The notes beneath the pieces were generated by a model. It saw nothing but the letters and a program-made list of their open reading frames with translations. It was not told the DNA's origin and did no database searches. A stretch of 64,000 nucleotides of DNA from Saprospiraceae bacterium (GTDB taxonomy: Bacteria; Bacteroidota; Bacteroidia; Chitinophagales; Saprospiraceae), in NCBI GenBank assembly GCA_046296435.1, contig JBKBLI010000002.1:32738-96737 (forward strand), given 5' to 3'. Below are positions 9,083 to 19,800 of this stretch, in pieces. Numbering within the stretch: position 1 is the first letter of the stretch; each line of letters begins with the position of its first letter. The position numbers and the translations under genes are program-made.

Positions 9083-10405
9083 ATGTTCAAAAAAATACCG
9101 CTTCATTGGCAAATTCTCGCCGGTATGGCACTGGGGGTTTTGATTGGATTTGTCGCCGCGCACTATCAGGCGCAAGATTTTGTAAAAAACTGGATCAAGC
9201 CTTTTGGCGAGATCTTCATCAATTCGCTCAAGATGATCGCCGTTCCGCTGATCATCGCCTCGCTGATTAAGGGCGTTTCAGACATGAAGGATATCAGCAA
9301 ATTGTCGCAGATGGGCGGACGCACTTTGGGGATGTATCTGATCACCACTTCGATAGCGGTCGCCTTAGGCTTGTTGATTGTCAACGCAATGCAGCCGGGC
9401 GCTTCGGTCAGTCCTGAAAGCCGCGAGCGCCTGGCGGAGACCTACAAGGACAAGGCCAATGAAAAGATCTCCGAAGCCGCGCAACAGAAAGATAAAGGCC
9501 CATTGAAGCCCTTGACAGACATTGTACCCGACAATGTATTCGCGGCGGCAAGCAACAACGGACGGATGTTGCAGGTCATCTTTTTTGCTTTGATGGTGGG
9601 GATCGGCCTGATTCTCATTCCCGAAGAAAAAGCGAAGCCCGTGAAGGATTTTTTCGACGGACTCAACGAGGTCATTCTCAAATTGGTGGATCTGATTATG
9701 CTGGCGGCGCCGTTTGGCGTGGCGGCACTGCTGGCGGGGATCATTACGGAGTCGCCCAGCCCCGATATACTGGTTAGCTTGCTGCGGTACGCCCTGTGCG
9801 TGCTGGCGGGTCTGGCCATCCTCATCCTGGCTTTTTATCCCCTATTGGTGCGCTTGCTGGCCGGCCGTTCCTATGGCTTTTTTTTCAGAGGGATAGCTCC
9901 GGCCCAGTTGCTGGCCTTTTCGAGCAGTTCAAGCGCTGCCACGCTTCCGCTGACGATGGAGCGCGTAGAGGAACATCTGGGCGTGGACAAAGAGATCGCG
10001 AGTTTTGTGCTTCCGGTAGGCGCCACCATGAACATGGACGGCACCGCGCTGTATCAGGGCGTCGCGGCGGTATTCATTGCGCAGGTGATGGGCATTCCGT
10101 TGGATCTGGGCGCGCAACTGGGCATCTTGCTGACGGCCACGCTCGCTTCCATCGGGGCGGCGGCAGTTCCGAGCGCGGGCATGGTAATTCTGGTAATTGT
10201 GTTGAGCTCGGCAGGCATCCCGGAGTCGGGACTGGCTTTGATTTTTGCCATCGATCGGCCTCTGGACATGTGCCGCACCATCGCCAACGTGACAAGCGAC
10301 GCGGCAGTATCCATGATCGTAGCCAAGAGTATGGGTAAACTGGGAGAGCCGCACGAACGTCGCTTAGACGATTATTACCGCCCGGGACAAAGCGACAAGG
10401 CCTAA
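9083..10405 (+). CDS. Dicarboxylate/amino acid:cation symporter (DAACS, GltP-like)
   Basis: It is a 440-aa polytopic protein. It carries DAACS-type motifs (SSSAATLP, NMDGTALYQG, DRPLDMCRT). Confidence 0.85.
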   Translation: MFKKIPLHWQILAGMALGVLIGFVAAHYQAQDFVKNWIKPFGEIFINSLKMIAVPLIIASLIKGVSDMKDISKLSQMGGRTLGMYLITTSIAVALGLLIVNAMQPGASVSPESRERLAETYKDKANEKISEAAQQKDKGPLKPLTDIVPDNVFAAASNNGRMLQVIFFALMVGIGLILIPEEKAKPVKDFFDGLNEVILKLVDLIMLAAPFGVAALLAGIITESPSPDILVSLLRYALCVLAGLAILILAFYPLLVRLLAGRSYGFFFRGIAPAQLLAFSSSSSAATLPLTMERVEEHLGVDKEIASFVLPVGATMNMDGTALYQGVAAVFIAQVMGIPLDLGAQLGILLTATLASIGAAAVPSAGMVILVIVLSSAGIPESGLALIFAIDRPLDMCRTIANVTSDAAVSMIVAKSMGKLGEPHERRLDDYYRPGQSDKA

Positions 10406-10488
10406 GGTCAAAAGCGGCTTTACCCAAATGCGCCAGGCGTTCAGGCCGCCGAAGTCCTCTCCGCGGATAAAGCGCGAGAAGCGGGTCC

Positions 10489-11097
10489 TTATCCCATTTC
10501 TTGCACTACTTCCGTTACTTGGGGCACCATGTGCTTAAGGATGCGCTCAATCCCCGCCTTCAGGGTGACAGTAGAAGAGGGGCAGCCGCTGCAAGAGCCT
10601 TGCATCACTACGGTGACTTTGCCGTCTTTAAAGTCCTTAAACTCAATGTTGCCGCCGTCCATCTCTACGCCAGGTTTGATGTGCGAGTCAATGATCTCTC
10701 TGATCTTGCGCACAATCTCACCCTCCTCGCCGCTGAACCGGTTGTCTGTATTGGCCGCTTCGATTTGTGCGATATACTCCGCAAAACCTTCTTTGACGAT
10801 CACCCCGTCTTTCTCAATGTAGTCTTTGACGAACTCCTTGAGTCGCAATTGGATATCGTGCCACTCGTAGTTCGGCTCTTTGGTGATGGTAATGAAGTTA
10901 TTGCTCAGATAAACGCCCTTGACGTATGGCAATTCCATCAGGCTGTTGGCCAAAGGGCTCCAAGTCGCTGCAAGGTCTTTATCCTTGAAGTCGGCGAGCC
11001 CGCGGTAAAGCATGCGGTTGGTGACGTATTTGAGGGCCTCGGGATTGGGCGTTTGCTCAGTGTAGAGCATGACCGGACTATTCTGAACAGTTTGCAT
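10489..11097 (-). CDS. NifU/Nfu-type Fe-S cluster assembly protein
   Basis: An Nfu_N-like N-terminal domain is followed by a NifU C-terminal domain. The CxxC motif (GSCSGCPSS) is present. Confidence 0.8.
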   Translation of the reverse strand: MQTVQNSPVMLYTEQTPNPEALKYVTNRMLYRGLADFKDKDLAATWSPLANSLMELPYVKGVYLSNNFITITKEPNYEWHDIQLRLKEFVKDYIEKDGVIVKEGFAEYIAQIEAANTDNRFSGEEGEIVRKIREIIDSHIKPGVEMDGGNIEFKDFKDGKVTVVMQGSCSGCPSSTVTLKAGIERILKHMVPQVTEVVQEMG

Positions 11098-11339
11098 ATT
11101 GCGGTCTGTGTTATGCTTGTTTAGACTAATTCACAATAACAGCGTTCCGGAGAAAAATGTTGCAGGGCGTCCGTTTATTTTTGCGACAAAAACGTCACCG
11201 CCAGATAGCAGCGATCTTTCGCGCAGGGCGGCGAATATCCGGACATTCTTTTTGGGCAAGCGCGGCGCCTTGCCGCATGTTGTTTTTTTCAAAAAAAAAG
11301 CGCGGGCATGGTCGCGTCATACCCCCGGCGATCTGCATG

Positions 11340-12953
11340 TCAAAACATATATCCCCAGAACTTGCGCTTGGCTTTGGCGCCCTTTCGGGTGCGCTTCACG
11401 TAGAGCGGTTCGCTGCTGTAGCTTTCGGCATGGTACCGATTGTAAGCCACCACCACGTATGTATAATACTGGCCATCTTGCGTAGTCACATCGTCGAAGG
11501 TCAGTTTCTCAGGATTGAAAGCGCTCAAGAACAGCAGGCTGCGCGAATCCTGAAAATCGCCGACTCCCTCGCCGGGGAATCGATACACGGCGTAGTAATA
11601 CGGCATTTCTTCGCCGCTGGCCACATCGCACACCTGCCAGGCCAGCCGCACCGCGGCGGGCGTTCCTTTCAGACCGCAAAACTGGGGCGTAGCAGGCGGC
11701 AACTTTGACAGGCCCCGAAACGGCGGCATAAGCGCCTGATTGGGATACAGATTTCGGATGAGGGTGTCGCGCAAGCCCAGAGGGTTGCGCATCAGCGGTC
11801 GCGCAGAGTAGTATATTCCGCCTTGCACATTGGAGTATGCGCGGGCGTTGCGCACCTGCATACCGATCTGGCGCGGATCATTCCAGCCCGGATCGTTGCC
11901 GCCGGCGCCCACCTTATAGGCCGCATGACCGATATACAAGTGCCTGCCGTAAGTATTGCGGCTCCACCAGTCGAGCAAAGCGTCGTAATCGGCCGGGGCA
12001 AAACCAATACTCCAGTACAATTGGGGCGCCACATAATCGATCCAGCCGTTGCGCAGCCAAAGAAGCACGTCGGCGTAGAGGTCGTCGTAAGAGGTGACTC
12101 CCGAGCGGGTTTCCGAACCGTTGATCGGGTCGCGGTCGCTGTTGCGCCACACGCCAAACGGCCCAACGCCAAACTTCACATGGGGCTTGAAAGACTTGAT
12201 GGACTTGGATACGCTCTCAATCATGCGGTTGATGTTATCGCGTCGCCAATCTTCGAGATTAGAGAATCCGCGCGGATTAGCGGCAAACTCATTGTAGTCG
12301 TCGAGAAACTGGCCGGGTTCCTTGTAAGGATAAAAGTAATCGTCAAAGTGAATGCCATCTACGTCATACCGAAGGCAGATGTCGTGCACCAGATTGGTTA
12401 GGTAGCGGATGACCAGATCGTTGGCAGGGTTGAAATAGAACCGGTTGCCGTATCGAAAAAACCACTGAGACAAGCGTTCAGGCGGCAGACTGCGCAAGGG
12501 GTGCGAGGGCGCAAGCGAGGCGGTATCCAGATCGAAAGTGGCGCGATAGGGATTGAGCCACGCATGAAACTCCATGCGCCGCGTATGCGCCGCCTCGATC
12601 ATGTACTGCAGCGGATCGTAATAAGGTTCGGGCGCTTGCCCTTGTACGCCAGTCAGATATTTGCTCCAAGGCGCCGATGGGGAGGGGTAAAAAGCGTCGC
12701 CGGCAGGGCGCACTTGCACAAACACGGCGTTGATGCCCGTACCGCGCAACACGTCGAGAATACTATCGAACTCCATACGCTGGCGATCGGGCGAGAGGCC
12801 CGGCTTGGAAGGCCAGTCAATATTGGCGACGGTGGCGATCCAGGCTCCGCGCATTTCGACTATGGGAGGATGCTGAGCCTGATTGGGCGCGCAAAAACAG
12901 AGCAAGCAAACCAAAAATGAACTAACAATCAGAGCGGGTTTCATTCGAAGCAT
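11340..12953 (-). CDS. Glycoside hydrolase-like family 10 protein (GHL10/YddW-like), secreted
   Basis: It has a signal peptide. The stretch MRGAWIATVANIDWPS...INAVFVQVRPAGDAFY...EFHAWLNPYR is characteristic of the GHL10 (DUF187) family. Confidence 0.75.
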   Translation of the reverse strand: MLRMKPALIVSSFLVCLLCFCAPNQAQHPPIVEMRGAWIATVANIDWPSKPGLSPDRQRMEFDSILDVLRGTGINAVFVQVRPAGDAFYPSPSAPWSKYLTGVQGQAPEPYYDPLQYMIEAAHTRRMEFHAWLNPYRATFDLDTASLAPSHPLRSLPPERLSQWFFRYGNRFYFNPANDLVIRYLTNLVHDICLRYDVDGIHFDDYFYPYKEPGQFLDDYNEFAANPRGFSNLEDWRRDNINRMIESVSKSIKSFKPHVKFGVGPFGVWRNSDRDPINGSETRSGVTSYDDLYADVLLWLRNGWIDYVAPQLYWSIGFAPADYDALLDWWSRNTYGRHLYIGHAAYKVGAGGNDPGWNDPRQIGMQVRNARAYSNVQGGIYYSARPLMRNPLGLRDTLIRNLYPNQALMPPFRGLSKLPPATPQFCGLKGTPAAVRLAWQVCDVASGEEMPYYYAVYRFPGEGVGDFQDSRSLLFLSAFNPEKLTFDDVTTQDGQYYTYVVVAYNRYHAESYSSEPLYVKRTRKGAKAKRKFWGYMF

Positions 12954-13013
12954 GTAAATACCGATTTAGTGGGCGGTAAAAGTATAACATCGGACAGAAA
13001 TTGCACCCTTTTT

Positions 13014-14468
13014 TTAACGGCCAATCCAAATCTGTTCCAAAACCTGATATTCGCCAGATTGCGCCAGCAAAAAATAGACGCCCGGCGTCTGCCCGACAAG
13101 CGGGATCTCGCACACCCCCTGACAGCGCCCCAAATCATAAGCCAGACGGCCGCTCACGTCGTAAAGCCAAAGCCGGCTTGTCCGATCGGAGGGCGTCTCG
13201 ACCCACAACCGATCCTGCGCCGGATTGGGAAAAACGCGCGCCGTAAATACAGGCTTCGGATCCGATGCGCTCAGCGAAGATATTTGCTGAAGCGGCGCAA
13301 AGAAAAACACCGTAGCCGTCAGAGCCGGCACAACGCACTCGCCGTGATTGGCCGAAGGATTAAGGTCTTGCACAACGAGATTGAGAGCGCCCAGCGCCAG
13401 CATGGTATCGCGGGCTACTATGCTGTTACGAAACGGAACCTGATCGTCGGCCATGCAATAATAAATACGCGTAGGCGCCTCAGGCGACCAGGAATAAACG
13501 TCGTTGTCCCTCAAAGCGACGTTAATAGGATGCATGGGATCGCTCTTGACCGCCGCAATAATGTCGGGCTGCAGCATGCGCGTAGGGATGCAGGCGCCCT
13601 CCCGGACTACTAATGAATCTATCAGGCGGGCGTTGAGTTGGCCCAGATCGATCTGTCCGGCGTAAAACTGTCCAATCATGTCAGCATACGGCATCCTGAA
13701 CACTTCGTCCAATTGGCCGAATAGATTCCCATAAGCGGTCTGATAAGACAAAGCGGTGTTAGGCAAATAAGCCGGATAGAAATAAACGGAGTCCGACAAG
13801 ATTAGGTCGCGCATAACGCCCGATATGCTGTAGGGCCCTGACAAGTGCGCGGCCGCCGTCACTTCGCCAAATTCGGAGCCGCCCATTTGTTCCACTGCCC
13901 GGTGCAGGGCCATAGCGGCATGCCCCCCCTGCGAATACCCCGTGATGAACAGCTGCGCGTTGTAGTATATGGCGCTCTGATGACAAAAATCCGCGCAAGC
14001 GCGCATCATATCCAGAGCGCAGGATGCTTCGGTTTCGGCGTGTACATAGAGATGAAATCCAGGCGAAACGCCCAAACCAACGTAATCCGGCAAAAAAGAG
14101 ACGTAACCCAACCCGGCAAAAATCAAACCAATCTGTCCCTCGCCGCCTTGAAGCACATTGAAAGAAGGCACATCCAATTTAGACGACGAAGTGCCGTGCT
14201 GATAGACCAAACGCGGATAAACCGCCGCTGGATCATTCGATATCGGCGCCGCCAACAAACCCGAAGCCAATACCGGCTGGCCCTGCGCGTCGTTCGTCAT
14301 GTACTGTATGCGGTAGTACCGCGCCCCGAATTGGATGAAGGGCACGCCGGTCTCGGCGATCAATTGCGCGGCCGTCCGCTGCCCCAAAAACTGAGCTTCG
14401 ACCAAGGTCTGCGCTTTGGCGACAAAGACCGCGACCGTCAACAACAGCACTGAGAAAAAATGACGCAT
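13014..14468 (-). CDS. Secreted alpha/beta-hydrolase (secretory-lipase-like) with T9SS type-A CTD
   Basis: It has a signal peptide (MRHFFSVLLLTVAVFVAKAQ) and a GYSQGGH nucleophile elbow. The C-terminus (VFPNPAQDRLWVE...GVYFLLAQSGEYQVLEQIWIGR) looks like a T9SS CTD. Confidence 0.75.
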   Translation of the reverse strand: MRHFFSVLLLTVAVFVAKAQTLVEAQFLGQRTAAQLIAETGVPFIQFGARYYRIQYMTNDAQGQPVLASGLLAAPISNDPAAVYPRLVYQHGTSSSKLDVPSFNVLQGGEGQIGLIFAGLGYVSFLPDYVGLGVSPGFHLYVHAETEASCALDMMRACADFCHQSAIYYNAQLFITGYSQGGHAAMALHRAVEQMGGSEFGEVTAAAHLSGPYSISGVMRDLILSDSVYFYPAYLPNTALSYQTAYGNLFGQLDEVFRMPYADMIGQFYAGQIDLGQLNARLIDSLVVREGACIPTRMLQPDIIAAVKSDPMHPINVALRDNDVYSWSPEAPTRIYYCMADDQVPFRNSIVARDTMLALGALNLVVQDLNPSANHGECVVPALTATVFFFAPLQQISSLSASDPKPVFTARVFPNPAQDRLWVETPSDRTSRLWLYDVSGRLAYDLGRCQGVCEIPLVGQTPGVYFLLAQSGEYQVLEQIWIGR

Positions 14469-14505
14469 AACAAGTCTGGGTATTAAAGATCAAGAAATGT
14501 TTTGG

Positions 14506-14513
14506 CAAAAATA
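14506..14513 (-). promoter_or_regulatory. Putative Bacteroidota sigma-A -7 box (TAnnTTTG)
   Basis: TATTTTTG on the minus strand lies 37 nt upstream of the lipase ATG at 14468. Confidence 0.45.
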
Positions 14514-14622
14514 ATTGAAAAATCACAACTGCCCGACAAAATAATCGCCCTGTCGCGGGCACAGTATTAGCCAGACATCATTCGCGCCTGCTTTTTCCCA
14601 AAAAGCAGAAACTATGCCCCCC

Positions 14623-14671
14623 CTAACAACTAACAACTAACAACTAACAACTAACAACTAACAACTAACAA
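14623..14671. repeat. Perfect heptanucleotide microsatellite (CTAACAA)x7
   Basis: I counted seven uninterrupted copies directly in the sequence. The array ends 1 nt from the holA stop codon (14673-14675). It lies about 110-165 nt upstream of the lipase -7 box. Confidence 0.95.
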
Positions 14672-14672
14672 C

Positions 14673-15686
14673 TCAAACATGCAGTATTCGCCAGAACAGT
14701 TCTTTCATCAGTTCCTCCTCCGACCCCACGCCCGCCGCATCGTTGCCCACCCCCTTGACCCTCAGGTCATACGCGTGCAACAGGCCGATCACCTGCACCG
14801 TCTGCTCGAGGTTGTAGCGTCCAAGCGCCATTTTGTAGTCCTTCAAAAACCACTCTGAACGCAGTTCCAACAGTTGGACCATCTCGGCGTCCGGCTTGTT
14901 GCGCGCAAACTGGAGCATGTACACTTTCGAAAAAAAAGCATATAGCGAAGATAGCGTCGGGATAAGCGGATTTTTACGTATATTCGATGCGAAATACTCC
15001 CAGATGCGCCACACCTTAGCGGCGTCGCGCATGGCGAAAGCTTTCTGCAATTCGAACACGTTGTACTCCTTGCTGATGCCGATATTCTGCCTTACCGCTT
15101 CGGCGTCAATGCGCCTTTGCGGGCCGAGGTTGAGCAGTATTTTGTCGATTTCATTGGCCACCTTCGAAAGGTCGGCGCCCAGATATTCGGCCATGAGCGC
15201 TGCGGCAGGCGGATCGATCGCCGCTTCGAGGAGACGGCACCGCGATGCGATCCATTCAGGGATTTGGTTTTCGTACAGCTTTTTGCTTTCGAATACCAGA
15301 GCGTGGCGTTGGAGGGCTTTGCCCATTCGGGTGCGCATGTCGTATTTCTTGTGCTTGTGGCACACCACGAGCACCGTGCTCGGCGTGGGCTGCTCGACGT
15401 AAGCCGCCAGTTCGTCTATTTTTTTCATATCCTGCGCCTCGCGCAGGATCACCACTTGACGCTCGCTCATCATCGGATAACGCCGCAACGCATCGGCCAG
15501 GGCGGTCGGATCGGCATCCTTACCATATACGATCATCTGATTGAACCCTTTTTCCGCCTCAGTCAGCGCATAGCGATCTATCGCCTTTTCTATTTCGTCA
15601 ATAAAAAACGGCTCCTCGCCATGGAGAAAATAAACGGGCGCAAACTTGCGCGCCGCCACATCGCGCATCAGTTCCTCATAGTTCAT
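14673..15686 (-). CDS. holA: DNA polymerase III subunit delta
   Basis: It is 337 aa. The N-terminus (FAPVYFLHGEEPFFIDE) and the overall length and profile are typical of HolA. Confidence 0.85.
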   Translation of the reverse strand: MNYEELMRDVAARKFAPVYFLHGEEPFFIDEIEKAIDRYALTEAEKGFNQMIVYGKDADPTALADALRRYPMMSERQVVILREAQDMKKIDELAAYVEQPTPSTVLVVCHKHKKYDMRTRMGKALQRHALVFESKKLYENQIPEWIASRCRLLEAAIDPPAAALMAEYLGADLSKVANEIDKILLNLGPQRRIDAEAVRQNIGISKEYNVFELQKAFAMRDAAKVWRIWEYFASNIRKNPLIPTLSSLYAFFSKVYMLQFARNKPDAEMVQLLELRSEWFLKDYKMALGRYNLEQTVQVIGLLHAYDLRVKGVGNDAAGVGSEEELMKELFWRILHV

Positions 15687-15698
15687 AGCCGACAGGCG

Positions 15699-16595
15699 CT
15701 ATGATACGCGTCCTGCAAAAGTCGGCGCCACGACCAACTCCTTAGAACCCGGCGTATAAACGTAGAACCCTTCGCCGCTCTTTACACCCAATTTACCGGC
15801 CGTGACCATGTTGACCAGAAGCGGGCAGGGGGCGTATTTCGGCGCTCCAAAACCATCGTGCAACACCCGCAGTATGGCCAGGCAAACATCTAATCCGATG
15901 AAGTCCGCCAACTGCAGAGGCCCCATCGGATGGGCCATTCCCAGCTTCATCACCGTATCGATGCCGGCCACGTCGCTCACGCCCTCGTACAAGGTGTAAA
16001 TCGCCTCATTGATCATGGGCATCAGGATGCGGTTGGCCACAAAGCCCGGGTAATCGTTGACCTCAACGGGGACCTTACCCAAGGTGCGCGACAGTTCCAT
16101 GATCTTGGCCGTCACTTCGTCGGAAGTCGCGTATCCCCGAATCACTTCTACCAGTTTCATCACTGGCACAGGGTTCATGAAGTGCATCCCGATTACCTGA
16201 TCCGGACGGGATGTAGCCGCTGCGATGCGCGTAATGCTGATGCTCGAGGTGTTGGAAGCCAGAATAGCCCCTGAGGGTGAAGTCTCGTCCAGAGTTTTGA
16301 ATATGTTGAGTTTGACGTCCACATTTTCGGTAGCGGCCTCGACAACCAAATCGGCCTTGGCCACTCCCTGTGCCAGATCGGTGTAAGTGCGGATCCGGGC
16401 TATGGCCGCCGCTTTTTGCGGCTCATCCATGGCGCCTTTAGCGATCTGGCGATCCATGTTTTTTTGAATGGTGGCCATGGCCTTGTCCAAAGCCGCCTGC
16501 GAGATATCTACGAGAGACACCTCGAATCCTGTCTGAGCAAACACGTGGGCAATGCCGTTGCCCATGGCGCCGCTTCCGATTACGCTGATTTGCAT
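15699..16595 (-). CDS. hbd: 3-hydroxybutyryl-CoA / 3-hydroxyacyl-CoA dehydrogenase
   Basis: I trimmed the start to the ATG at 16595 (MQISVIGSGAMGNGIAHVFA, a Rossmann GxGxxG). The rest matches the 3HCDH N- and C-terminal domains. Confidence 0.85.
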   Translation of the reverse strand: MQISVIGSGAMGNGIAHVFAQTGFEVSLVDISQAALDKAMATIQKNMDRQIAKGAMDEPQKAAAIARIRTYTDLAQGVAKADLVVEAATENVDVKLNIFKTLDETSPSGAILASNTSSISITRIAAATSRPDQVIGMHFMNPVPVMKLVEVIRGYATSDEVTAKIMELSRTLGKVPVEVNDYPGFVANRILMPMINEAIYTLYEGVSDVAGIDTVMKLGMAHPMGPLQLADFIGLDVCLAILRVLHDGFGAPKYAPCPLLVNMVTAGKLGVKSGEGFYVYTPGSKELVVAPTFAGRVS

Positions 16596-16646
16596 ATTTT
16601 TTTTTGAAAAAACGTGTGATGGGTATCCGATGCCGGTTGAACGGCG

Positions 16647-16654
16647 CAAAGATA
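16647..16654 (-). promoter_or_regulatory. Putative -7 box (TAnnTTTG)
   Basis: TATCTTTG on the minus strand lies 51 nt upstream of the hbd ATG. Confidence 0.4.
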
Positions 16655-16821
16655 CGCGTACGCCCCGCCCCGGCCTGCAAAAAAAATTAAAACGCCCCGA
16701 AGCGCCGTTTTTTCAACAAGCCCACAGAGATCGGGCGCCATGAATGACTCAGGAGCGCAAGCGGCGGGGAGGGATGCGAGCGGCGGAAGCGGAACACGCG
16801 CGCTCCCGCCGCCTGCGCCCG

Positions 16822-19800
16822 CTATTCGATGACGGTAATATCGCCCTTGTAAATCTGCGCTTCTCCGTCGATCATCGTAATTTGCACGTAGTAAACATAC
16901 ACGCCCGGGTTCACCTTTTTGCCCCGATAACGCCCATCCCATCCAATCCAGAAGTTGGGTTCCTGCGACGCTTCCAGTTGATAAATCTGGCTACCCCAGC
17001 GGTCGAATATACGCACGTCGTCGATACGGGCTACCCCCGGGCCTGCGCCGATGCTCCAGTACTCATTACCATTCGAGGCGCTCAGGCTGATGATATTGGG
17101 CAGATAGACCTGTTTGGGGCGTTCGACGCGCACCAGCGTGCTCGCCGTGGCCGTGCAACCCAGGGAGTCGGTAAGGGTCAGCGTGATGCGGCCCGACTGG
17201 GTCGGACGCCAGGTTTGCGTCAGACAATTGGCGCACGTTGAGTCCTGCAGCGGCGACCACGTTAGGGCGCTCCAGGTATCCAGATTTGATACGGCGGCCA
17301 GCGTGAGCGCAGATCCAAATACGACCGCTGTATCCGCCGGAAGGAACAATACCGGGATGGGCGGGACTGTCGCCACAAATGTCGAATCTACGTTACAATC
17401 GTTGGCATCGACGACGCTAATGGTATGCTGGCCGGGAGCCAGATCGGGCATGAGCGAAGTGATCAGGTTGCCGTCGAGCAATACGCGTAGCGGCCCTACG
17501 CCCCCGCTGGCGCTGATATTGGCGTCAACACTCAGATCGCCGCAGTCCGGCCTGTCCAGCGTTACGCTGAGTTTGATAGGCGGCGGGGCAGTCAAGGTAG
17601 CCGATCCCAACGCCGTACAACCATTAGCGTCGGTTACGGTCAGGCTGTAGGAGCCTGCGCTTACGCCGCTCAGCGTTGAGGTATCCGCGCCGTTGTTCCA
17701 CAGGTAGGAGATGGGGAGAGTTGCCCCGCTCACCACGACGCCTATGGCGCCATCCTGGCTGTTAGCGCAGCGCAGTCCGAATCCGTTGAAGACGTTCACG
17801 GGGTTGACGCTCAGGGTAATGGGTTGCTTGGCAGGGATGTTGGCGCTCAGCGTGACGCTCAGGCCGTTGGCATCCGTCAGCGTCACCCCATAAACCCCGG
17901 CGAGCAAGCCGCTCACCGATTCGCTGCCGCCGACATTGGCCACCTGCCCGATGCCGCTGCCCGAAGGTCCCGACCACACAAAAGAAAACGGCGGCGACTG
18001 CCCGTTCTGGACCGTCACATTCAGGACGCCCGTAGCCGTGCCGCTGCACAACGGCGCACTGACGCTCAACACGCCTGTCGGCGCGCATGCCGGCAAATCT
18101 AAGCTCACCACCGTCGTAATGATCGAGTCGCAACCGTTGACGGTCTGCAGGGTTTGCACAAAGGATCCGACCTGCGAGGGGTCGCAGGTCGTTTGGTTGA
18201 CGGTCGTCGCGTAGGAGGGATTGAGTAAAGTATTGATCGTGATGATAGAATCGCAACCCGCGGTCGTCTGAAGGTTGAGCGTAACGACTCCCGCCTGAGC
18301 CGGATCGCAGGTGAAGGCCGTCTGCGTTTGTTGGTATGACGGCAAAAGGACCGTATTGGTGACGACCAGCGAATCGCAGCCAAGGCTATTGGTCAGCAGG
18401 GTTTGCGTTACGCCGGCCTGAGCCGGATTGCAGGTGACCGCATCCAGATAGACCGTGTCCAACAGCGAGGGATCGAAGGTTACAATCCGCGTTACGACCG
18501 AATCGCAGCCCGCCGCAGTTTGTAGGTTTTGGACAAAGGTCCCGGCTTGTGTCGGGATGCAGGTGATTTCGTTGACGCTCAGGTTGTACGATGGCTGCAG
18601 CACAGTGGTTGCAATCACCAATGAGTCGCAACCCAACGCATTGGTGAGCAGGGTCTGGGTTATGCCGGCCTGCGATGGGTCGCATGTGTTGAGCGTGAGC
18701 AAGGTCGTATCTAAAAGCGAAGCGTCGAACACGACGACGGTGGTGACGATAGAGTCGCAGCCTGCCGCCGTCTGCAAGTTCTGAACGAAAGTCCCCGCTT
18801 GAGCCGCAAAGCAGGTGGTCGCCGTAAGGCTCAGGTTGTAAGAGGGCAGCAACACCGTGTTGAGAATCACCAAAGAATCGCAGCCCGCCGCATTGGTCAG
18901 CAGGGTCTGCGTCACGCCAACTTGTGCCGGATCGCAGGAACCGGCGCTCAGCAGGGTCGAATCTGTCCCGACGGACGTGTATTCGACGATGGTCGTCACG
19001 ATGGAGTCGCAGCCGGCTATCGTCTGTAGATTTTGCACAAAAACGCCCAGAGCGGCGGGATTGCATGAGAAAGTCGTGATGGTCTCGTTGTAGGAAGGTA
19101 AAAGTACCGTGTTGGTGATCACCAGCGAGTCGCAGCCCGCCACATTGCTCAGCAACACCTGACTAACGCCTACCTGCGCCGGATCGCAGGAGCCTGCGCT
19201 CAGCAAAGTCGTATCGACGGCCGCTGGATCAAAAAACACCGTGGTCGTGATGATCGAGTCGCAGCCCGATACAGTCTGCAGGTTTTGCACAAAAACGCCG
19301 GCAGCCGCAGGGTCGCAACTCGTAGCCAGAATCGAAATTTCGAACGAAGGCAGCAAATCTACTTGTGTGATCACGATAGAGTCGCAACCAAACTGATTGC
19401 TCAGCGACACCGTAAACAATCCGGTATCCGCCGGACTGCAACTGCCTGCATTCAAAAACACGACATCCGGCTGATTGACTGCAATGGTGACAGAAGCTGT
19501 ATCGGCGCAGGCGCCGTTGGCTTTACTGACTATCACCGAGTAATTAGTCGTAACGGCAGGCGACACTGCAATATCGGCCGTACTCTCGCCTGTGCTCCAT
19601 TGGAACACAGGGCCGCCCGAGGCCATAAGCAATGCGCTTTCGCCCTCACATATCGCCGTAGGGCCGCTGATCTGGGCCGTAAAGCGATCGGTAATCTCTA
19701 TCGCAAAGGTCTGGGCTGCGCCGGCGCAGCCCGGTCCAACAGGGGTCACCGTCAGATTGGCTATGCCCGCGGCTGCGGCGACAAATGAGATATCGCCCGT

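Noticed and set aside
11176-11290. A plus-strand TATTTTTG box (11176-11183) with a downstream GGCAAG/CTTGCC hairpin (11255-11274) and T7 (11283-11289), considered as a candidate small RNA between the NifU-like and GHL10 genes.
   Set aside because: There is no plus-strand gene downstream, and 8 nt separate the stem from the T-run, which is poor terminator geometry. The T-run is part of the recurrent T7-C-A9 motif. A chance TAnnTTTG match in an AT-rich spacer is plausible. Transcriptome data would be needed.
14623-14671. The heptamer array as a CRISPR array or telomere-like repeat.
   Set aside because: The units are contiguous with no spacers, only 7 nt long and only 49 nt in total. No cas genes or leader are present. 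It is a simple microsatellite.
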